Below are positions 25,037-34,913 of a stretch of 64,000 nt of DNA, piece by piece. The DNA is taken from assembly GCA_002437105.1 (NCBI GenBank), contig DJOB01000004.1, positions 189,162-253,161 on the forward strand, written 5' to 3'. This stretch comes from Bacillales bacterium UBA6449. Its GTDB lineage: Bacteria; Bacillota_I; Bacilli_A; RFN20; CAG-288. A model generated the notes under the pieces. That model did not search any database. It saw nothing but the letters and a program-made list of their open reading frames with translations, and was not told where the DNA came from. Position numbers and translations under genes: made by a program. Every line of letters starts with the position of its first letter. Position 1 is the stretch's first letter.

Positions 25037-26024
25037 GATCGCGGTCATCATTCCCTGTCACGATTCTGAGAGATTTCTTGGCAGGACGGCTTCCGCTCTG
25101 CTGCATCAGGATTTCGGACTTCCCTATCGCCTGATCTTTGTGAATGATGCGTCGTCTGATAAGACGGCCGATATTTTAAAGTTCATCAAGAGTTACGATC
25201 CCGATAAGGTGACCATCATCGATTCCTCTGCTCACAATCTGCCGCAGGCTCGCAATGCAGCGATGGATCTGGCGCTGGAATCGCGTTTCGTGTGCTTCTC
25301 GGATGCGGACGATGTTCCCCATCCGGATTTTCTCTCTTCGCTCTACTTTCTGATCAATGGCAGTGGCGCCGATTGCGCCTGCCGGGGATACCGGATCATC
25401 GATGAGAATACCGGCAAGGTCAATCGGGCCAAAATTCTCGACCTGGCTCAACCTCTGAGCGGATTTAGAGCCGCTTTCGAGATTCTGCGCGATGGACCGG
25501 TCAAGGCTTTTGTCTGGTCTAAGATCTTTTCTTCATCTCTGCTGAGACGGACACGTATAAGATTCTTACCTGAGCGATTCGTCTATGAGGATCTGGCCTT
25601 CTGCTTTCAAACTTTTTTGGCGTCTGATAAGGTTGCTTTTTCTGATCTTCCAGTTTATGACTACTATATTCATAAAGGTTCTCTTTCTCACACTCCCAAT
25701 GCTGATGGATTTATGATGCACCTTTGCGCCTATGCGGCCTGCCGAGCGTACTCCTCATTTTTGATAGGGGAGAAAAAGAGCCTGGACATGTTTAGACGCA
25801 TGAGGATGAACATGATCTATAAGACCGACTGCGACATCCTTACCGCCCGCTCTCTCTATCCAGCGGGTATCAGGCAACCTATGTCTCTCGCGCGCCAGCT
25901 CATCAAGCGCATCTGCAATCCAGGATTTAAAGTGGTCGGAGAACCTTGGGAGCAGTACATTATCGACCTAGGTGTTCTCTCTCATCCGATGTTGGAATCG
26001 TTCTCCAATCCCGCCAGTAACTGA
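25023..26024 (+). CDS. GT2-family glycosyltransferase, paralogue overlapping the previous gene by 14 nt
   Basis: IAVIIPCHDSERFLG, VNDASSDKT and SDADD motifs. Confidence 0.8.
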   Translation: MQNSEIAVIIPCHDSERFLGRTASALLHQDFGLPYRLIFVNDASSDKTADILKFIKSYDPDKVTIIDSSAHNLPQARNAAMDLALESRFVCFSDADDVPHPDFLSSLYFLINGSGADCACRGYRIIDENTGKVNRAKILDLAQPLSGFRAAFEILRDGPVKAFVWSKIFSSSLLRRTRIRFLPERFVYEDLAFCFQTFLASDKVAFSDLPVYDYYIHKGSLSHTPNADGFMMHLCAYAACRAYSSFLIGEKKSLDMFRRMRMNMIYKTDCDILTARSLYPAGIRQPMSLARQLIKRICNPGFKVVGEPWEQYIIDLGVLSHPMLESFSNPASN

Positions 26025-26482
26025 GTCAGCAGCTTTTCTGCTCCCCTCTTCTCCTTCGGAAGACCTGTCTTTGAAAATACGGGTTGGCCCTCCTTGAAGG
26101 AGGAGATTTGTGGTACATAGAGCTTTTTATTTATATACGAGATATCCGTTTCCGCGATGGCCGGCAAAAGGATTTGAAACCATTCATCTATCTCCTCTCT
26201 GACTTCTGCTGTATCCACGGTGAATAGGAGAGGGCTGGTATCCTGGGCCCACCTCTCGGCTGCTAAGGCTTCAAAGATCGGTAGGGATAAGGAGCAGTAG
26301 CGGCAGGTCGGCCGATGCCAGATCAGGATAAAAGTCTGCTTCTCCTGCATCATGTTTTCGAGTTGGACCGCCCCTATCGCAAACGGCTTCTCCACGGGAA
26401 GGGTAGAAGCCTGGTCGGTCGCTCGGCAGGCCGACAGGACGAGGGTGAATAGCGCGGTCACAGGTAATAATCTCGGTTTCAA
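25982..26482 (-). CDS. Thioredoxin-fold lipoprotein with a CRYC active-site motif
   Basis: TTG start after GGAGGTG. Lipobox LVLSAC. WHRPTCRYCSLS matches CxxC. Its 3' end overlaps the GT2 3' end by 43 nt in convergent orientation. Confidence 0.55.
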   Translation of the reverse strand: MKPRLLPVTALFTLVLSACRATDQASTLPVEKPFAIGAVQLENMMQEKQTFILIWHRPTCRYCSLSLPIFEALAAERWAQDTSPLLFTVDTAEVREEIDEWFQILLPAIAETDISYINKKLYVPQISSFKEGQPVFSKTGLPKEKRGAEKLLTQLLAGLENDSNIG

Positions 26483-26554
26483 TGAGTCACCTCCGCTCTA
26501 TCTATGTACAAAAATCTGCTTTCTGCTCTAGAATTTCGAGCGTGGAGGTCTGAT

Positions 26555-27208
26555 ATGACCAGGTTTGAATGCTATCTCAATCTCTATTCGGCTATCTGTT
26601 TTTCGAGTCAGAATGGTGCTGATCACGATCTGGCGTGGCTGGCGGAGGATATGAATCCCTTCTGGTATGGAACCGAGGATTCCAAGGATATTTATATCTA
26701 TCAGCGGTTCTCTGAACTCTGGCTGAGATTTGGCAGCATCTACACCTCGCGCGACGAGAACGGCGGTTTGACCTTCGGGAAGGCTTTCTTCTCTGAACTC
26801 TCCCAGCAGGATCCGAGATTTGTCGCGGGTGCGAAAGCGATAGCAGCGATCAGTCAGGAGGATTGGGATGGTATCTGCCGCAACAATGCGGCGATGGGTA
26901 CCTACATGCTTACCTATTACCTTCTAAAGAAACATTCTGAGGGGCGAGCCCTAAAGGCGATCGAGGGGATGGATCCCTTCACCGCTGAGGCGGGTAATCT
27001 GTCGCAGGATCCCCGCTACGGTCAGAAGTATATGGAGGTCTACTCCCGTCAGGTGAGGCCGCTGGAGATCGACTACAATCTCGCTCAGGAGTATGTCTCG
27101 CTCCTGGGTGATCCCGATCTCCTCTCAGTATTCCATACCATCACGCGGGACGAGTGGGAAAAGACGAGGGCGGATGAGCCGATCGCCTTTAGAACAACGG
27201 CAAATTGA
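26555..27208 (+). CDS. Hypothetical cytoplasmic protein
   Basis: Start at the ATG preceded by GGAGG (MTRFECYLNLY...). No family recognised. Confidence 0.5.
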   Translation: MTRFECYLNLYSAICFSSQNGADHDLAWLAEDMNPFWYGTEDSKDIYIYQRFSELWLRFGSIYTSRDENGGLTFGKAFFSELSQQDPRFVAGAKAIAAISQEDWDGICRNNAAMGTYMLTYYLLKKHSEGRALKAIEGMDPFTAEAGNLSQDPRYGQKYMEVYSRQVRPLEIDYNLAQEYVSLLGDPDLLSVFHTITRDEWEKTRADEPIAFRTTAN

Positions 27209-27241
27209 TGGGGTAGAATATCTCTAGGAGGTGTGAAAAGT

Positions 27242-27829
27242 ATGGCGAATAGGCGAGCACTGTTTTTAGCGGCGACGGGTTTCGAGGATATCGAGTATGC
27301 GGCGACGCGCGATATCCTGCGTCGAGCGGGGATCGAGACGGTGACGGCGGATTGCCGCTTAGAGCCTTCCTCGGCTCCCATCCTCGGTCGAGAGAAGCTG
27401 GAGATCGTCGATAAGGTGCTGCTGAGGGATGTCGATCTGAGCGCCTTTGATATCCTGGTCATCCCTGGCGGTGGACACTACCAGATCCTCGAGCGGAATC
27501 CTCTGGTCATCGCAGCGATCCAGTATTTCGCTGCGCGCGCGGACAAGTACCTCTGCTGCATCTGCGCGGCTCCCACTATTCTGGGGCACCTGGGGCTTTT
27601 GAAGGACCGGGATTATACCTGCTTCCCCACTATGGACGAGAAGGCGTTCCAGGGTCGCTTCCACTTGGATTACTCCGTCATCGATGGACACCTTGTCACG
27701 GGTCAGGGCCCCGCGGCGTCTATCCAATTCGGTCTGGCGATCGTCAAGGCGGTCCTCGGTAAGGAGGCTTGCCTCGAGGTGGGGAGACATATGTTCTTCA
27801 AGGGCATAGAGGAGCTGGCGGGTGAGTAG
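27242..27829 (+). CDS. DJ-1/PfpI-family protein
   Basis: Nucleophile-elbow motif CCICAAPTILG and ILVIPGG. SD AGGAGGTG upstream. Confidence 0.85.
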   Translation: MANRRALFLAATGFEDIEYAATRDILRRAGIETVTADCRLEPSSAPILGREKLEIVDKVLLRDVDLSAFDILVIPGGGHYQILERNPLVIAAIQYFAARADKYLCCICAAPTILGHLGLLKDRDYTCFPTMDEKAFQGRFHLDYSVIDGHLVTGQGPAASIQFGLAIVKAVLGKEACLEVGRHMFFKGIEELAGE

Positions 27830-27956
27830 GAAGACCACCCCTCAGGTCTCGTATCGGGTCTCTAGGATCGTTATTAGCCTCCTGATGATCGGTGTTCCCC
27901 TTCTCATCCTGGTCGCCACCATCGTCATCTATATGGGAGTCCTGAAGTTCTGAGCC

Positions 27957-28004
27957 TAAAAAAAGAGCGCGGCAGCGGAAATAGCTGCGGGCGCTCTTTT
28001 CTCT
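27957..28004. terminator. Bidirectional intrinsic terminator
   Basis: AAGAGCGC...GCGCTCTT outer stem with a nested GCAGC/GCTGC stem, flanked by A7 and TTTTCTCTT. Confidence 0.7.
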
Positions 28005-28013
28005 TGTAGGAAA

Positions 28014-28364
28014 CTACTTGTTGAGCTTGAAGGTGGCGTCGAGGATGTCCATGAAGTCGTCCTGGGGACGGGAGCCCAGCAGGAAATCCTCCTGGCCCTC
28101 GGAAGTGGTGACCTGAACCTTCTTTCCATCGATGTAGAAGAACATAGCGGGGATCGAGGAGATGTGGAACTCGTGGGCGAGGTCGGGATGCTTATCGACA
28201 TCGACGGACAGGAAGGTCACGGTAGGATAGTCGCCTTCGATGCTCTCCATGATCTTGCCCATCATGCGGCAGGGTCCACACCAGGTCGCATTGAAATCGA
28301 CTACGACATTGCCCTTGGCGATGATATCTTTGAATTCGGAATCGTTCTCTAGAACTTTAACCAT
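28014..28364 (-). CDS. trxA: Thioredoxin
   Basis: WCGPC active site. Start MVKVLEN lies 6 nt after GGAGGAA. Confidence 0.9.
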   Translation of the reverse strand: MVKVLENDSEFKDIIAKGNVVVDFNATWCGPCRMMGKIMESIEGDYPTVTFLSVDVDKHPDLAHEFHISSIPAMFFYIDGKKVQVTTSEGQEDFLLGSRPQDDFMDILDATFKLNK

Positions 28365-28433
28365 CGGATTTTCCTCCTTGAAATGCGGCATGATTATAGT
28401 ATCGAATATCGGATCGCTTCTAGTTTGATGCTC

Positions 28434-29357
28434 TCAGACTGCGAGGGAGATCAGGTACAGGAGAATCAGGTGGGCGGGATAGAAGAGGTAGAGGGAGTAG
28501 CGGACGGGGCGGCTGGTGGTGCCCGCTCTACCATCGTAGAAGAGGAGAGGAATGATGGCGAACATGGACCAGCTCTCGAGGGGCCAGGAGATACCGGGTT
28601 CGAGGGGGAATCCTGGACCGAGCGTCGAGTAGAGGATCTGGAAGAAGGCTCCCAGGACGATGAGGGCGAGAGCGACGGCGATATTCAGCGTCGATCGGAG
28701 CTTGAGGTTAGCGTAGGTCAACACGTCTAGATTCAGCCGCTGCGCGTGGTATTTGAGATATCTATATCCCAGTTCGTAAGCCCCATAGAAGATCAGAAAC
28801 ATCAGCAGACCATAGGTGCCATAATCGGAGGCGATGCCGAAGGGGATGATCGCCAGCGGGGAGGAGGCTCCCAACCGGTAGGCGGTGAAGTCGGAGAGCA
28901 CGAGGTAGGCTATAGGTAGCGGGATGAGCAGCGTGAAAGGGTCGTTGCGCCGGATCAGATAGATCACCAGGGTGCCTAAGGCGAGGTCGGTGAAGACGTT
29001 GCCCGGTGTCAGGTTGGTCGCTCCAGCCCCGTAGTAGACACCATAGCAGAAGGCGTCTAGGAGGATGGCCATCAACAGGAGCCGGAGGAAGTACTTCAGG
29101 TAATCGTGGGTGTGGTAGACCCCCTCTAGCGCCAGAAAGACGAAGATGGGGAAGGCGGCACGACCGGTAGCGCGGAGCGCTTCGTATATCAGCGGCTGGG
29201 CCGTGGGGGAGAAGAAGATCAGACCGATGTGGTCGATCAGAGTCAGGATGAATCCGATGATCTTCAGAGCGAGTCCATTCAGCATCCGGTGCTCGTAGTA
29301 GGCTCCTCTGACTAGCGCGTTCGATAGCGCTCCAGGTATATCGCTCGGGTTTGCCAT
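28434..29357 (-). CDS. TraX-family polytopic membrane protein
   Basis: LKIIGFILTLIDHIGLIFF matches the TraX N-terminal signature. About 9 helices. Confidence 0.6.
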   Translation of the reverse strand: MANPSDIPGALSNALVRGAYYEHRMLNGLALKIIGFILTLIDHIGLIFFSPTAQPLIYEALRATGRAAFPIFVFLALEGVYHTHDYLKYFLRLLLMAILLDAFCYGVYYGAGATNLTPGNVFTDLALGTLVIYLIRRNDPFTLLIPLPIAYLVLSDFTAYRLGASSPLAIIPFGIASDYGTYGLLMFLIFYGAYELGYRYLKYHAQRLNLDVLTYANLKLRSTLNIAVALALIVLGAFFQILYSTLGPGFPLEPGISWPLESWSMFAIIPLLFYDGRAGTTSRPVRYSLYLFYPAHLILLYLISLAV

Positions 29358-29359
29358 CG

Positions 29360-30163
29360 CTAGATCATCCCTATGAAGGCGATCAGGTTATTCAGGGAGT
29401 GGAGGGCGACCGAGAGGTAGAGAGAGCCGGAGGCCAGATAGCAGCCGGCGAGGGCGGCACCGGATATGACATATGCGGGAAGGTTGAGTAGCTCGCGGTA
29501 GAGAGGATAGAAATCTCCTTGAGTGGCAGAGAGGATGCTACCTTGGAAATCAAAGTGGATAAGGCCGAAGATCAAGGATGAAATGAGGATGCCAACCAAG
29601 GGGTGATAACTCTTTTTAGCCCCAGTGAATCCTCCCGCGCAGGCGTTGGTCAACCCGCCTCGATAGGTGATCTCCTCGATGAGGGGGGCCAGGAGCACGG
29701 TCATGATGAACAGCGGTATGGGGAAGCTGCTCCCTAAGGTGACCAGGGTGCTCTGGTTCGTATTGGTGCTTATCCAAGGTATCAGCTCGATCAGTCCGGA
29801 ATATAGCACTCCGACTAGATAGATGATGATGAATACGGAGATGCCTTGGGATATCCCTCGCGGTTTTCGGTGAAGCGAGCTGCCGGGTTTCAGACTCTGT
29901 CTGATCCCTGAACCGAAAGGGCTGATCAAGTAGAGCCAGAAGACTAGACCGAGCAGGGCGTAGGAAGCCAGGTTGACTCCCATGGCCAGCTGCCCCTCGT
30001 TTATCGCTCCAATCGCAAAGGCGGGTTCCATGATCAGCTGGAGCAGCAGCGCGCAGACCTGCAGCCCGAGAAAGCCCAAAAGAAAGAGGGTCATCTCCTG
30101 TGCGAGACTGGCTTTGGCACCGATATCCGTCCGGTCTTTGAAGATCTCTTTAATTTTTTCCAT
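29360..30163 (-). CDS. CPBP (CAAX-type) intramembrane glutamic endopeptidase
   Basis: Motifs EEITYRG, FGLIHF and HSLNN. Confidence 0.85.
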   Translation of the reverse strand: MEKIKEIFKDRTDIGAKASLAQEMTLFLLGFLGLQVCALLLQLIMEPAFAIGAINEGQLAMGVNLASYALLGLVFWLYLISPFGSGIRQSLKPGSSLHRKPRGISQGISVFIIIYLVGVLYSGLIELIPWISTNTNQSTLVTLGSSFPIPLFIMTVLLAPLIEEITYRGGLTNACAGGFTGAKKSYHPLVGILISSLIFGLIHFDFQGSILSATQGDFYPLYRELLNLPAYVISGAALAGCYLASGSLYLSVALHSLNNLIAFIGMI

Positions 30164-30269
30164 GCGCGAATGATTTTATCATCCTGTGATGCGCTTAAGG
30201 CTTGAAGCATTCTTGTAAATTGCTTTATATAAATAAGGTAAAATCATTACTCGAGTGAGGTGACGCGCG

Positions 30270-33200
30270 ATGGATGTAGAACTGATCTGCAATATCGTTT
30301 TCGGGGTGAGTGTGGGTCTGATTGTCCTCTTCGCCGTGATCGGCGCGGTGAAAGGCGTCTGGAAAGCCACTTTCGCGATGTTTATCCAGCTGGCGATGAT
30401 GGTGGTGGCCATCTTCGTTTCACCGGTGTTGGGCAAGTCGATAGGAAGCATCGACCTGAGCCGCTTGAAACTCAGCCCCTTTCAGGTGAATGGGACCACT
30501 GTTCAGGTCACCAGCGTCCGGCAGACGATCTGCGATGCGCTGACTGCTTCCGGCGTGATCAATCCGGTCCAGGGACAGACCATCTATCAGGCTGCGCTCG
30601 CCGTGACCGATATCGTTCTCGCCCTCGCCTGCTACCTCGTGCTCTGCCTGTTTTCGATACTCTTCTCTTGGTTGCTCGCCTCGCTGCTCTATCACACTCT
30701 GTTCAAGTGGTTCATCCCTAAGCGCCTGCGGGAGAAGCACCCGGTTCATCCTCTCGGAGCGCTGGCGGGAGCGGTGATGGGCGTGTGCGCTTCCACCCTA
30801 GCGATCGCTCCTCTCAGCTCGCTGGTCGATTTCACCCAGGACAATCGCGCGGCGGTGCAGAACCTCGAGGATCGCGATTACCTTCCTGAGGAGGTCGGCG
30901 GCTACCTCGACGCGGTCGGCTCTTCCGCTTACGGACAGGGCTGGATGGGTGCTCTTCCGAACCTCATGATGAATGCGGCCACCTCGGTGGATTTCAATGG
31001 CTCGAAGGTGTCGGCCTCCGATCTGCTGAACCTGATCTCGGGCGTCTCCGGTCCCTTTACCGCCTCCTTGAACTCCAAGGATGACGGGGATGTCTTCAAC
31101 TATACCGTGCTCATGTCTCCCAGCCAGACGGTCGATGCTCTCCTCGATTCCTTCGCCCAGTCCAACCTCATCGTCAATCTCATGCCCGCCATCTGTCAGA
31201 TCGCCATCAACTATGTGGCGGCGGATAGCCCCATCGACCTCTCGGGACTCCGCTTCAGCAACATCGACTATTCCAGCGATATCACGGCTCTGAAGGATGC
31301 CTATCAGTCGCTCTACAGCACCGGTCTTCTGGATGGTGTCGACTTCTCGACCGGTAAGGTCGAGATCTCCTTCACGCAGGAGGATCGGGCTGCCGTGCTC
31401 TCGGCGCTCAAGACTTTCGGCAGTATGCGAGTCGTCTCGCAGAATATGCCGGATCTCCTCGTGGCTAGCGCGGCTCTCGTCACCAAGTCGACGGGCTATT
31501 CGCTCCTCTCGCTGGATCGCAGCAAGTACGCCGATATCGACTGGGGCGAGGAGCTGAACACCCTCGGTTCAGTCGCTTTCGATCTGGCGGCGGCAGCCGG
31601 GGTCGATCTCTCGACCGATCTGTTCCAGCCTGCCGAAGACGGTTCGACCACCCTGATCGACAAGATCATGGCGGGCCTCAATAAGCCCGATAGTGCGACT
31701 CATCTCAAAGAGGCGCTCATCGGAGACCAGCAGGGCAAGAAGGGCTTGCTCGATATGTCCATCTTCGACCGTCGTGTCCTCGATACCGACCAGCTCAATG
31801 CCTACCTCTTCTCCTCGGTCAAAGGGCTTTCTAACTTCGTCGATTCCAAGCAGTTCTCCAGTCTGCTCAACAGCCTGAATCCGGCGAGTCTCAAATCCGA
31901 TGTGGGCATCATCGTCGATATTCTCCCCGACCTCATGGGTGTGGCTGACCTCTCGCACGAGATGACCGGAACCTGGAACCAATTGAAGATCGACTTCAGC
32001 AATGAGGAGCAGGTCGGATACCTCAAGAACGTCATCCGCAAGGCGAAGGATTCCCAGATCGTATCCGACCTTTTGCCCGTGGCGTTGAACAAGGCTTTCC
32101 CCTCCCTTTTGGAGCAGAACCTCGGATCCTCGAGCTTCCTCGGCCTCAGCGCGACCAGCTTCGATCTGTCCGGCGGACCCGAGTTCTTCGACGACATGGT
32201 CAGCTTCCTGGATGCGGTCCCTTCCATCCTCTCCCTGACGGAGAGCCTCAAAGACTCGGGCGACAGCGCGGTGGATAAGATCCGCAATATCGATCCGGAT
32301 GATTTCTCGAAGGTCCTGAAGACCATCGTGAACTCGAAGGTCTTCAATCCCGATCGAGTCATCGATGGTAAGACCGCCTCTAACACCAATCTCGTCACGC
32401 TGATCCGCAATCTGATCGACACCTATCATCTCTCTGACCTCGGGTTCCATCTGTCGGACGAGGTCGCCGATATCGATTGGGACCAGGAGGTCGATAGGCT
32501 GACCGATATCCTTCGGACCCTCAAGGATCATCTGGATGTCTTTGGTGCCGATGGGAAGTTCAACGCCGACAAGCTGGATTCGCAGGGGATCGAGCAGGTG
32601 GTGACGGCGGTGAGCCGCAGCCAGCTGCTCAGCCCGTCCCTCCCCGATTTCCTCGACGAACAGATAGGCGAGCGGGCTCGTGAATTCGGACTGCTGCTCC
32701 AGTTCGACCAGATTACCGATTGGGTGGCGGCAGCGACTTCCCTGGGCGATATCTGGGATCTCGTCTCTCCCCTCATCGGTCGCGACCTGACGGCGGATAC
32801 GCCTATCGATTTCAACTATCTGAATGCGCTGATCGTCTCTGCTTATGAGGCGCCCTTCATCCCCAGAAAAGCGGTCGATGCGGCGGGACACTACTACAGT
32901 CCGCTAGGATTCTTCATCTACAGCCTGGTGGGGAGGACGGGCATCCTGAAGAGCTTCCAGATCGCTCCGGATGTCACGGCCTTCTGGGATGTCGATCCGG
33001 TGACGGGTGACAGCAAGGGCTGGAATTGGGTCGGGGAGACCGCGACCCAGCAGGTCACCATCCCGGTCGTCGAGAAGACGGTGACAGCTAAGGTCGCTAC
33101 CTCGGGTGAGATCTTCGAACTCGTCGAGGCGATCCAGCAGGTTCAGTCTTTGGATCTGGATAAGTTTGGACAGGCGGGTGGCGTCTCCGCCGATGAGCTG

Positions 33201-34487
33201 AACAATGCTCTCATGGCTTTGGATGATTCGCAGATCGGTCGGTCGCTCCTGCCTGCGATCGCCTATCGGGGACTGTCCAACATGAGCGATATTCAGATTG
33301 AAGACGGCATCTCCATCTCGTTCCAGGATATCAATCTCGACGTGTTGTCCACGCTTTCGGACAGCGAGAGGCGAGATGAGCTCAAGGGTATCGTCGAGCT
33401 CTATCGCTACGAGGTGGAAGGGGATCTGTCCCATGAGTTGACGGTCGATTCTCTGACCCACTGGTCCGAGGCGACCAAGGTGACGAGCGGTTCCCTGAAT
33501 GCCGATGGTACCCCCATGTATCTAACTCTGAAGCAGGTGGTACAGCACATCTTCGATATCGCCTTCAAGAGCCTGCTCTTCACGACGGTCCGGTCGGGAC
33601 GGAAGTACAGTTTTACCTCCGAGTTGATTGCGGCTCTCTACACCGTTACGAAAGCGGGTCAGGTCGCCTATGGTTACGGTTCGGCTGACCTGCCCAGCGA
33701 TTCGCCCGTGCCCGGGAATATCTTCCGCGATCTGAGAGCGCGGGCCACGGCTCTGACGGCTGAGCAGCTGGCGAAGGAAGAGACGATCATCCTGAATTTT
33801 ATCGAGGCGGTCCAGACCACCGATAGCTTCGACCTGATGGAGATGAGCAAGGATCCTGCCTCCTATATCAACGCCGGCAATATCGAAGTGGTCATGGATC
33901 AGGTGATGGTTCCGGTGCTGACGGACCTGCTCGATTCGATGCTGGTCAGCGATGCGGCGGTCGGATTCCTGAATATCATCCTGAATAGCTCCGGATTGAT
34001 AGATCTGGTGGAGAAGATCAATTCCGATGTGGATTCATCCCTGTTCGCCCAGTCTATAGATGTGAAGAGTTTCGGTCTGAATAAGGCTCAACTGCAAACG
34101 GAGCTCGCCGCGGAGGTCGCGATGTTCAAGAAGCTCCTTCAGATCTCGAATGCGGATAGCCTGAGCAACATCTTCGTCTGCATGGTCGACTCCTTCGTCG
34201 GCGATTACAGCACGTCGCTAGTCAAATTCCAGGAGGTGCGAACCGCCATCAAGGAAGTCAAGGCGCTCGCTGGAATCAGGGGCTGGTTGTTCCGTGGTCT
34301 CTACAGGCAGGCTAAGATCACCCAGACGGTCGCGGGTCAGACCATCCAGCTGGATCTCTATACCTACATGATCGTGCCTGAGCGGGCGCGGCTGGGATTC
34401 GATGAGACTTCCGATCCCTACTGTGTCAACACGGTTGAGGATCTGGTCTTCAATCGCGGTAAGGTCATTACCGATTCGCTCGGATGA
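30270..34487 (+). CDS. Giant (1405-aa) acidic protein with a 4-TM, possibly CvpA-like, N-terminus; function unknown
   Basis: SD GAGGTGA upstream. Four N-terminal helices are followed by about 1200 aa that are D/E/L/S-rich. An internal recurring motif appears as ADIDWGEELNTLGSV and ADIDWDQEVDRLTDI. Confidence 0.7.
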   Translation: MDVELICNIVFGVSVGLIVLFAVIGAVKGVWKATFAMFIQLAMMVVAIFVSPVLGKSIGSIDLSRLKLSPFQVNGTTVQVTSVRQTICDALTASGVINPVQGQTIYQAALAVTDIVLALACYLVLCLFSILFSWLLASLLYHTLFKWFIPKRLREKHPVHPLGALAGAVMGVCASTLAIAPLSSLVDFTQDNRAAVQNLEDRDYLPEEVGGYLDAVGSSAYGQGWMGALPNLMMNAATSVDFNGSKVSASDLLNLISGVSGPFTASLNSKDDGDVFNYTVLMSPSQTVDALLDSFAQSNLIVNLMPAICQIAINYVAADSPIDLSGLRFSNIDYSSDITALKDAYQSLYSTGLLDGVDFSTGKVEISFTQEDRAAVLSALKTFGSMRVVSQNMPDLLVASAALVTKSTGYSLLSLDRSKYADIDWGEELNTLGSVAFDLAAAAGVDLSTDLFQPAEDGSTTLIDKIMAGLNKPDSATHLKEALIGDQQGKKGLLDMSIFDRRVLDTDQLNAYLFSSVKGLSNFVDSKQFSSLLNSLNPASLKSDVGIIVDILPDLMGVADLSHEMTGTWNQLKIDFSNEEQVGYLKNVIRKAKDSQIVSDLLPVALNKAFPSLLEQNLGSSSFLGLSATSFDLSGGPEFFDDMVSFLDAVPSILSLTESLKDSGDSAVDKIRNIDPDDFSKVLKTIVNSKVFNPDRVIDGKTASNTNLVTLIRNLIDTYHLSDLGFHLSDEVADIDWDQEVDRLTDILRTLKDHLDVFGADGKFNADKLDSQGIEQVVTAVSRSQLLSPSLPDFLDEQIGERAREFGLLLQFDQITDWVAAATSLGDIWDLVSPLIGRDLTADTPIDFNYLNALIVSAYEAPFIPRKAVDAAGHYYSPLGFFIYSLVGRTGILKSFQIAPDVTAFWDVDPVTGDSKGWNWVGETATQQVTIPVVEKTVTAKVATSGEIFELVEAIQQVQSLDLDKFGQAGGVSADELNNALMALDDSQIGRSLLPAIAYRGLSNMSDIQIEDGISISFQDINLDVLSTLSDSERRDELKGIVELYRYEVEGDLSHELTVDSLTHWSEATKVTSGSLNADGTPMYLTLKQVVQHIFDIAFKSLLFTTVRSGRKYSFTSELIAALYTVTKAGQVAYGYGSADLPSDSPVPGNIFRDLRARATALTAEQLAKEETIILNFIEAVQTTDSFDLMEMSKDPASYINAGNIEVVMDQVMVPVLTDLLDSMLVSDAAVGFLNIILNSSGLIDLVEKINSDVDSSLFAQSIDVKSFGLNKAQLQTELAAEVAMFKKLLQISNADSLSNIFVCMVDSFVGDYSTSLVKFQEVRTAIKEVKALAGIRGWLFRGLYRQAKITQTVAGQTIQLDLYTYMIVPERARLGFDETSDPYCVNTVEDLVFNRGKVITDSLG

Positions 34488-34510
34488 GCGAGATTCGAGG
34501 AGGGGTGCCG

Positions 34511-34900
34511 ATGGAGAAGGAAGAGCTGGTAAGCCGTTTTCAAGGCGTCTACGAGTACGCGGAGAAGCGTTCGACCTTTCTATTTCTCTGTGGGATCTAC
34601 CAGGATCGAAAGGAGTTTCATGCGGATATAAAGCTCGTGCAGGAGACGTTTCCCAAGGCGGCGCACATCTTGACGGTGGCGCGGATCAAGGATGATACGG
34701 GCCTGTTCGAGGCGGCCAGCGAGAACGGTGAACCCGTCAAATCCGCACACAAGGTCCTCTTTGCCCTCGCCCATAAGGGAGTCGGCGATGTGGGTCTATT
34801 CGCGGTTCGTCACTATGGCGGCAAGAAGCTGGGCGCCAAGAATCTGGATGGCGTCTTCGTCGATGGCTTTCTGAAGGCTCTAGAGTCGGCCGGAAGATAG
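34511..34900 (+). CDS. IMPACT/YigZ N-domain (UPF0029) family protein
   Basis: ENGEPVKSAHKVL...VGLFAVRHYGGKKLGAKNLDGVF resembles the DDGEP...RYFGGxKLG signature. The ATG at 34511 follows GAGGAGGGG; the track start at 34484 overlaps the previous stop. Confidence 0.55.
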   Translation: MEKEELVSRFQGVYEYAEKRSTFLFLCGIYQDRKEFHADIKLVQETFPKAAHILTVARIKDDTGLFEAASENGEPVKSAHKVLFALAHKGVGDVGLFAVRHYGGKKLGAKNLDGVFVDGFLKALESAGR

Positions 34901-34913
34901 GAGGAAAAAACAT

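Noticed and set aside
31569-32891. Very long ORFs antisense to real genes. Examples: 31569-32891 (440 aa), 51597-52991 (464 aa), 55105-56250 (381 aa), 59728-60828 (366 aa), 62277-63293 (338 aa), 40442-41425 (327 aa), 50625-51566, 23996-24874, 10126-10926, 11049-11792 and 16284-17078.
   Set aside because: Each lies opposite a gene with strong family motifs. Their translations are monotonous Asp/Glu/Arg/Gly/Leu-rich strings with no motifs. GC-rich third positions in the sense frame remove stop codons from the antisense frame. These are shadow ORFs.
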